Source: an uncultured Gammaproteobacteria bacterium (lineage in GTDB: Bacteria > Patescibacteriota > Patescibacteriia > UBA9934 > GWF2-40-263). From it: a stretch of DNA of 64,000 nucleotides. Shown here one piece after another: positions 58,058-64,000 of the stretch. Position numbers and translations under genes: made by a program. Location: positions 9,033-73,032 of the forward strand of contig CAYNRK010000003.1 of NCBI GenBank assembly GCA_964399675.1, given 5' to 3'. Positions within the stretch are counted from its first letter, which is position 1; every line of letters starts with the position of its first letter. The notes beneath the pieces are model-generated. The model saw only the letters and a program-made list of their open reading frames with translations, ran no database searches and was not told the origin of the DNA.

Positions 58058-60340
58058 TTACCAATCGCTTTCATCATACCATGGGTCATCATCTTCGTCT
58101 CTTTCCTTTCTTTCGCTTCTTTTTCTTTCGAGTTCTGGTTTATTGGCTTCAAGCATAGCTTGAAATGATTCTGGTGAGATGATCATGCCTTGCACAATTT
58201 TACCCAATTGTTCTGCCAGGTCTTTTACTGAAAGGTTTGGAAATGCAACAGGATAATAATCTTCTACATGCTCTGTTCCTGAGCCAAGTCCAAGTCCGGC
58301 GAGTTTCTGATTGGTTTCAGTAGTTATGGTTTCAACTGCATCATCTAAATCTTCTGCTGTACTATGTCTTCCCGCAGGTTGTCCGTCTGAAAGAACTGTA
58401 AGGAATTTATGCTTTGCAACTTGTTTTTTCAAACGCTTTGACGCTTCAAGAAGACAAGGGCCATCATCATTATATCCTGATTGATTGTGCCCACCAGGAT
58501 TTTCACTATTGACTTCTTTTAACATTCCTGCCATTCTGTTTCTTATTTCATCTGTTAGTTCTTCATCAAAATTTTTAAAAGGTATGATTTCATCTTGGAA
58601 ACCAAGGATTTCACATTTGATACCAAGTCGACTTAATACTTCTGCAAGTATAATTACCCCCTTGAATGTTTCTCCAATTGTTCCTGGGTCATCATCATAA
58701 CCGGCCATTGACCCAGACAGATCAACTAAAATTGTAAAGGCAAAATCATTAACTTTTGGGATGTCTTTTGATTCCCAAAATTTTGCCGGCAAATCTTTGG
58801 CCCCGGCTGCTCTTGCTGCAATAAAATTGAAAAGCGCGCGAATGTTTGGTTTTGTACCAGAGCTTTTAAGTGTTGTCTTTTTCTTACGCTGCGGGTAAAA
58901 AACTTGATATAGTTCGCGGTGTAGTTGATCTTCAAATTCTCTGACTTGCTCGTAATTCTCATCGTAAACGCTTTTTTGATCAAGAGCCGCTTGTTCTTCT
59001 TCAATCAGTTCGCGCAATGCTTCTGCGTCTGCTTCATCTTGTGCGCGCTGTTTTGCCTCTGCTTTTGCGCTTGCTTGTTTGGCATCCTTGTCTGCAACTG
59101 CAGCATGAGTTGGAAGAGGACTATCTTCCATTGCTCCTTCAAACAATTTTGTAATAATGTCTTCAATTTTTTCAAGCGCCTTTTTAATAAGTTTTTCAAT
59201 CTTTTCTCTTTGTTCTTTTTCCAGCTCATCAAATATTTCTAATAGCTTTTCTTCAAGCTCTTCTGAAAAAGTATCAGCAGGTACAGGAAGTTTGTTGTAG
59301 CCACCAACAATATCTGCAAAAGTATCAATTTGATCAAGCATTACACTTGAGGTATTTGGTTTGTCATCTATAAGACTAAGTTCTTCGTTGGTTTTTTGTG
59401 CATGGCCTTCTGCCTTTTTTCGAATAACAGGATACAGTTTGTGCAAAAGTTCATAGAAAAGTTCCAGTGGCAACTCAGTAAGCCGATCTCTTTCCTCTCC
59501 TGTACGATCTTCAACAGGTGTTCTATCAATTGTTCTGGATTGTTCAATAAGAAAAAGACTTACTTGTCTGAGTCTTTCGGTTTTCATGTCTTGTTCTGCA
59601 AGTTCTTTAACATGCGGAAAAATTTCTTTGTAAGTAGCTTTGTAACGTTCTTTTGCCAGCGCGATCTTTTTTTCATCATCGTCCTTTGTGTTTGGAATCT
59701 CACGTTCTATTCTTTCAACAGTAGTTCGAATTGCTTCATAATGTTCAAGTGCAATAGAACTTTTTGCATTCCGTTGTTCTTCAATGTAATGCGGATCATG
59801 AACAATTATTCCGTCTAATTGAGCAAAGTGCGGCACATAACCAAGAAGATCTAGCGCGCTTCCTTCTAGTTCGCCTTCTCTTGCAAGCGTTCGTCGCATT
59901 TGATCAACCCAAAGCCCTGCTCCAGCAAACCTATCTCTTACAACCTGATCTGTTGGACGTTCTTCAACAGCTCGTAAAAGAGAAACTAATCCAAGTTCTT
60001 TGGCTGCTTCTTCAGGGAAAAAAGAAAAGTCTGTAATAAGAGCATGACCGGCTTCGTGTGCAATGCTTCCCAAAAGCACTCCTTCTTCTTCGGTTCCAGC
60101 ACGTTCCAGAACCTCTTCTGGGTCAAAGAAAATTTCACGTGTTGAAGTATCGATGTACCATAATTTATCTCCGCCCTTTCCTTGTTTAACAACAACACCT
60201 TTTTCACCGGAAATAGTTTGCGCAAGTGCCTGGAGCCGACCTTGCCAACTTCGAAGAGTTGCTTTTTCTTCATCAGTAAATACACGCGGCTCAGAAGCCT
60301 CGCCAATTCTGTCTCTTGTTTCAGTGCTTGTTGGTGTCAT
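58058..60340 (-). CDS. VWA-domain protein with N-terminal HExxH (zincin-like, DUF2201_N-type) region and long coiled-coil linker
   Basis: N-terminal SIAHEAGHALI (HExxH). C-terminal VWA/MIDAS motif ILVDLSGSM...(DxSxS)...SDGQP. 760 aa; E/K-rich middle. Confidence 0.7.
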   Translation of the reverse strand: MTPTSTETRDRIGEASEPRVFTDEEKATLRSWQGRLQALAQTISGEKGVVVKQGKGGDKLWYIDTSTREIFFDPEEVLERAGTEEEGVLLGSIAHEAGHALITDFSFFPEEAAKELGLVSLLRAVEERPTDQVVRDRFAGAGLWVDQMRRTLAREGELEGSALDLLGYVPHFAQLDGIIVHDPHYIEEQRNAKSSIALEHYEAIRTTVERIEREIPNTKDDDEKKIALAKERYKATYKEIFPHVKELAEQDMKTERLRQVSLFLIEQSRTIDRTPVEDRTGEERDRLTELPLELFYELLHKLYPVIRKKAEGHAQKTNEELSLIDDKPNTSSVMLDQIDTFADIVGGYNKLPVPADTFSEELEEKLLEIFDELEKEQREKIEKLIKKALEKIEDIITKLFEGAMEDSPLPTHAAVADKDAKQASAKAEAKQRAQDEADAEALRELIEEEQAALDQKSVYDENYEQVREFEDQLHRELYQVFYPQRKKKTTLKSSGTKPNIRALFNFIAARAAGAKDLPAKFWESKDIPKVNDFAFTILVDLSGSMAGYDDDPGTIGETFKGVIILAEVLSRLGIKCEILGFQDEIIPFKNFDEELTDEIRNRMAGMLKEVNSENPGGHNQSGYNDDGPCLLEASKRLKKQVAKHKFLTVLSDGQPAGRHSTAEDLDDAVETITTETNQKLAGLGLGSGTEHVEDYYPVAFPNLSVKDLAEQLGKIVQGMIISPESFQAMLEANKPELERKRSERKERDEDDDPWYDESDW

Positions 60341-60416
60341 AAGTCAACTTCCATTTTACTTGTAAAAGACCTTCGAGTAAATTTCTTGCCCAAAAGAGAG
60401 AAAACCGTTATCATTT

Positions 60417-61502
60417 ATGCTGATTATGGGGACCATTCTTTTATTTATTATTGTTTTGTCTCTGCTTGTATTTGTCCATGAATTGGGCCATTTTTTAATT
60501 GCAAAAAAAATGAAAATGCGTGTAGAGGAGTTTGGATTTGGGTTTCCACCTCGATTGTTTGGGATAAAAAAAGGCCAGACAACCTATTCAATCAACTGGA
60601 TTCCGCTTGGTGGGTTTGTGCGAATCAAAGGTGAGTCCGGGGATCATAAAGACCATGAGGATAGTTTTGCGTCAAAAACCGTGTGGCAGCGATTTATTGT
60701 GCTTGTTGCAGGGGTTGTAATGAATTTGTTTTTGGCCGGGGTGTTGTTGTCGATTGGGTTCATGATTGGCTTGCCAAGTATTATTAATGAGCATTTGCCA
60801 GCAAGTGCGCGTATTACAGATCAACAGATAGGTGTGATGACGGTTTGGCAAAATTCACCGGCTGAAAAAGCCGGGATTGAAATTGGAGAGACCATTGTGT
60901 CAATTAATGAAAAGACTTTTGTTTCATCAGATGATGCTCGTGAATTTATTAAGCTAAAAGGGGAAGAGGAGATTAGCTTGCTTGTAAAAGACAGCAATGA
61001 GAAAGCAAGAATTGTTTTACTTAATTCTGAATCACTTGAGAACACGGAAATTTCAGGGGTTGGTTTAGGTCTTGCTACAGTTGGAAGAGTTTCATTTTCA
61101 CCTGGCAGAGCTGTGTTGCAAGGGTTTGAAGCAACAGCACAATATACTGTTCAAATTGTTTTGGCATTTTATGATTTGATTAAAGGGTTGATTCTTGGTC
61201 AGGGTACAACCATTGATCTTTCGGGTCCGGTTGGCATTGCTGTTTTAACAGGAGAGGTTGCTGCGCTTGGATTTGTTTATCTTTTGCAATTTACCGCGCT
61301 GTTGTCCATTAACTTGGCAATCATTAATATTTTCCCATTTCCTGCGCTTGATGGCGGTCGTTTGTTGTTTTTGGCAATTGAAAAATTGCGCGGAAAGGCA
61401 GTTGATGAGAAACTAGAAGCAGTGGTGCATAACCTTGGATTCGCGTTTTTGATGATTTTGGTGATTCTTGTAACATATCGGGACATTATCAATTTTTTCT
61501 AA
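60417..61502 (+). CDS. rseP: RseP-type site-2 protease (M50) with PDZ domain
   Basis: HExxH in TM1 (VFVHELGHFLIAKK); PDZ-like middle; C-terminal LDGG motif (NIFPFPALDGGRLLF). Confidence 0.88.
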   Translation: MLIMGTILLFIIVLSLLVFVHELGHFLIAKKMKMRVEEFGFGFPPRLFGIKKGQTTYSINWIPLGGFVRIKGESGDHKDHEDSFASKTVWQRFIVLVAGVVMNLFLAGVLLSIGFMIGLPSIINEHLPASARITDQQIGVMTVWQNSPAEKAGIEIGETIVSINEKTFVSSDDAREFIKLKGEEEISLLVKDSNEKARIVLLNSESLENTEISGVGLGLATVGRVSFSPGRAVLQGFEATAQYTVQIVLAFYDLIKGLILGQGTTIDLSGPVGIAVLTGEVAALGFVYLLQFTALLSINLAIINIFPFPALDGGRLLFLAIEKLRGKAVDEKLEAVVHNLGFAFLMILVILVTYRDIINFF

Positions 61503-61508
61503 CCACAA

Positions 61509-61537
61509 GTCTGCCCGCACCTGAGCTGCGGGCAGAC
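61509..61537 (+). terminator. hairpin gtctgcccgca-cctgagc-tgcgggcagac immediately after rseP (terminator candidate; no U-tract)
   Basis: Perfect 11-bp stem, read directly. Confidence 0.45.
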
Positions 61538-61539
61538 CA

Positions 61540-61978
61540 CACCCTGCGTCGTTGCGAGGCCTGTTAGACGGGTCGAAGCAATTTCCGTGTCTCGCACACT
61601 GCGTCGTTGCGAGCCCCCTTTCGTGAAACGGGGCGAAGCCCGTCCGAACGGCCGCAAGGCCGGGCGGGCAATCTCCGTAAAGAATTCCCTCGTGTCCTGC
61701 ACCTTGTGTCATTGCGAGCGAAGCGAAGCAATCTTCGTAAAGAATTATGGGGGACAGTCACGTTGTATATAATTTCGGCAGTACTCACTATCGTTCCGTG
61801 CTGGCGAAATTATATACAACGTACCTGTTGTGGAGATGCTGGGGGTTCGTCGGAGAATTGCGTAGGACAGTCACGTTTTGTCATCTCGACCGAGGCGCTA
61901 GCCGAGCGGAGAGATCCCGAATATCAGAGATCCCTCGGCTTCGGCCCGTCGGACGGGCCTTCGCTCGAGATGACACAA
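61540..61978. repeat. large composite palindromic repeat cluster (~440 bp; at least 3 tandem A-type units + B unit + C-type unit) filling the rseP-pheS intergenic region
   Basis: ctgcgtcgttgcgaggc..., gtgtctcgcacactgcgtcgttgcgagccccctttcgtgaaacgggg..., tgtcattgcgagcgaagcgaagcaatcttcgtaaagaatt, B-unit 22-bp inverted repeat, ggttcgtcggaga, then the C-type unit tgtcatctcgaccgagg...cgctcgagatgaca. Confidence 0.9.
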
Positions 61979-62000
61979 TAATACGGAGGATTATGTATAT

Positions 62001-63056
62001 ATGAAAAAGGATTTAGAACAACTTAAAAAAGATTTTGAAAAGTTGGTTGATAAAGCAACTGACAGAGATTCTTTGGAGGAATTGAAGAATCAGTTTTTGG
62101 GTCGTAAAGGAAAGTTTAAAAAACTCATGAAAGAAGTTGCGTCTTTGGCCAATGATGAGCGAAAAGTAGTTGGGAAGATTGGGAATGAAATTAAAGAATC
62201 TATTGAGAGTGCGTATGGAGACAAGGAAAAGCAGATAAAAAGTCAGGAGGCTGTGTTGCGCGAACAGGATGAACAGATTGATATTACAGAGCCAGGACGT
62301 TTTAATGAGGAAGGGCATTTGCATCCTGTGAGTAAGGCCATTGAAGAGATCGAGGATATATTTGCTCGAATTGGATTTACTGCTGTGCGAGCACCTGAAA
62401 TTGATTGGGATTATTATGCGTTTGAATCTCTGAACATGCCAAAAGATCATCCAGCGCGCGATGATTGGGAAACGTTTTTTATTGATGCACCAGAAGGGAA
62501 AAAGAAAAAACAGGGCAAGCTTGTGCTTACACCACATACATCAAACTCACAGGTGCGCACAATGGAAACTCAAGAACCACCGATTCGCATGATAAATATT
62601 GGTCGTTGTTACAGACGTCAGATCGACATTAGTCACACACCAATGTTTCATCAGTTTGAAGGTATGATGATTGATAAAGGGGTAAGTGTTGCGCATTTAA
62701 AAGGTATTCTGGATTATTTTGCTAAAACTTACTTTGGTCCGGATCGTCGTACGCGTTTGCGTCCGCATCACTTCCGTTTTACTGAACCAAGTTTTGAAGT
62801 TGATATTAGTTGTGATGCTTGTGGTGGAGATGAAAAGGGCAATTGTCGGCTTTGTAAAGCAGGTTGGCTTGAACTTGGTGGTGCTGGCATGACACACCCA
62901 AATGTAATTAAAGCTGGTGGTTTGGATCCTGAAGTTTATACAGGGTTTGCATTTGGTTGGGGAATTGAAAGGACTTTAATGATGAGGGCTGGTATCAAGA
63001 TTCATGATATAAGAATTTTATATAAAAACGATTTGCGATTCGTGAGGCAGTTTTAA
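62001..63056 (+). CDS. pheS: phenylalanyl-tRNA synthetase alpha subunit
   Basis: Class II motifs ..FRFTEPSFEVD.., GWLELGGAGM, FGWGIERTLM; RBS GGAGGA at 61985. Confidence 0.93.
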   Translation: MKKDLEQLKKDFEKLVDKATDRDSLEELKNQFLGRKGKFKKLMKEVASLANDERKVVGKIGNEIKESIESAYGDKEKQIKSQEAVLREQDEQIDITEPGRFNEEGHLHPVSKAIEEIEDIFARIGFTAVRAPEIDWDYYAFESLNMPKDHPARDDWETFFIDAPEGKKKKQGKLVLTPHTSNSQVRTMETQEPPIRMINIGRCYRRQIDISHTPMFHQFEGMMIDKGVSVAHLKGILDYFAKTYFGPDRRTRLRPHHFRFTEPSFEVDISCDACGGDEKGNCRLCKAGWLELGGAGMTHPNVIKAGGLDPEVYTGFAFGWGIERTLMMRAGIKIHDIRILYKNDLRFVRQF

Positions 63057-63057
63057 C

Positions 63058-63368
63058 ATTGTCATCTCGACCGAGGTTCCTGCCGAGCGGAGAGATCTCG
63101 AAGATTGCTTCGTAGAGGATTTTGGGTGACAGTCACGTTGTATATAATTTCGGCAGTACTCGCGTGGCTCCGTGCTGGCGAAATTATATACAACGTACCT
63201 GTTGTGGAGATCCTGAATGTTCGTTGGAGGATTGTGAAAGGCTTTTGGGATCATGCCATTTCCCCGCGTCGTTGCGAGCCCCCTACGTGAAAAGGGGCGA
63301 AGCAATCTCCGTAGAGAATTATATACAACGTACCTGTTGTGGAGATGCTGGGGGTTCGTCGGAGGTTT
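63058..63368. repeat. composite palindromic repeat cluster (C-unit, B-unit, A/H-unit, partial B/M3) between pheS and pheT
   Basis: attgtcatctcgaccgagg...gagatctcgaagattgcttcgta; gacagtcacgttgtatataatttcggcag...ctggcgaaattatatacaacgt; gcgtcgttgcgagccccctacgtgaaaagggg; ...ggttcgtcggagg. Confidence 0.9.
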
Positions 63369-63386
63369 AAAAAAAGTAAAAGCGAT

Positions 63387-64000
63387 ATGAACATACTTAC
63401 TTCCTACAATTGGTTAAAAGAGTATTTGGACACTGATTTGTCTCCAGGAGAATTTGCTGCAGCTACAACCAATGCTGGAAATTCTGTTGAAAGGACAAAA
63501 AATATTGGAGAGGGGTTGGAGGGGGTTGTGGTTGGGGAAATTAAAAGTATTGATAAACATCCAGATGCTAATAAGTTGAGTGTTGCTAAAGTTGATGTTG
63601 GAAAAAAAGACAACCTGCAGATTATTTTTGGGCAAATGGTTGAGATGGAAGTTGGATTTAAAATTCCTGTTGCGGTTGCTCCAATGACAATGCCTAATGG
63701 AAATGAAATAAAGAAAACAAAGTTGCGTGGGGAAGTTTCAGAGGGGATGCTTTGTCTTGATCAGGAATTAGGTTTTTCCGACAAAGGAGTTAGTATTAGA
63801 TTTTTTGATGAGTCTGTTAAAAACGGAACTTCAATAGTTGATGCGCTTGAACTTGATGATGTGATTTTTGATATTGAGGTGACTTCAAACAGGCCTGACT
63901 GTAGAAGTATTATTGGTCAAGCTCGTGAGGGTGGGGCAGCAATTGGAGGTGGATTTAAAATGCCACAAGTTTCTATTCCAAAAGCAAAAGAAACTCCTTC
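63387..64000 (+). CDS. pheT: phenylalanyl-tRNA synthetase beta subunit, N-terminal part (continues beyond window)
   Basis: MNILTSYNWLKEYLDTDLSPGEFAAATTNAGNSVE... is the PheT N-terminus, followed by a tRNA-binding OB domain (VVVGEIKSIDKHPDANKLSVAKVDVG). The frame is open to the window end. Absent from the ORF track because no stop lies within the window. Confidence 0.85.
   Translation, partial: MNILTSYNWLKEYLDTDLSPGEFAAATTNAGNSVERTKNIGEGLEGVVVGEIKSIDKHPDANKLSVAKVDVGKKDNLQIIFGQMVEMEVGFKIPVAVAPMTMPNGNEIKKTKLRGEVSEGMLCLDQELGFSDKGVSIRFFDESVKNGTSIVDALELDDVIFDIEVTSNRPDCRSIIGQAREGGAAIGGGFKMPQVSIPKAKETP

Noticed and set aside
61564-61981. Several 60-124-aa ORFs on both strands across 61413-61981 and 63018-63370
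   Set aside because: They lie entirely within the palindromic repeat clusters. Their peptides (e.g. ..TVTLYIISAVLT..) recur only because the DNA repeats, and equivalent ORFs occur on both strands.

Overview
This is a low-GC (~38-40%), compactly organised bacterial chromosomal segment. Housekeeping genes include the yidC 3' end, a CIRCE-controlled groES-groEL, prfB with the classic +1 programmed frameshift, a UDP-sugar epimerase-like gene, tsaC-like, rsmA, serS, tyrS, pheS and the pheT 5' end, recG, radA, clpC-like, htpX, lemA, a phosphohexomutase, rseP, and tRNA-Ser x2 plus tRNA-Arg. Gene content and style suggest a small-genome, possibly episymbiotic Patescibacteria/CPR-like organism; this is inference only. 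The accessory content stands out in six ways. (1) A 9.7-kb gene encodes a 3226-aa cysteine-rich secreted giant protein. (2) A type IV secretion/competence-like locus carries a high-GC M23 peptidase, a VirB6/TrbL-like polytopic protein, a VirB3-like small membrane protein, a VirB4 ATPase split by one in-frame TAA, and ComFC; a Bro-N gene sits inside a 25-bp direct duplication of the comFC 3' end. (3) Two tandem paralogous peptidoglycan hydrolases (Amidase_2 and M15) share an N-terminal two-TM pilin-like module. (4) Three high-GC (~55-60%) gene islands have AT-rich, host-like promoters and RBSs. (5) A family of modular, nested-palindromic repeats (GCGTCATTGCGAG... / ...CTCGCAATGACGC ends with internal hairpin modules) fills at least six intergenic regions, including the groESL and prfB 5' UTRs and the clpC and pheS/pheT upstream regions. 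(6) There is a MoxR/AAA_5 ATPase + small protein + HExxH/VWA operon, and a promoter- and terminator-bounded ~230-nt candidate sRNA.
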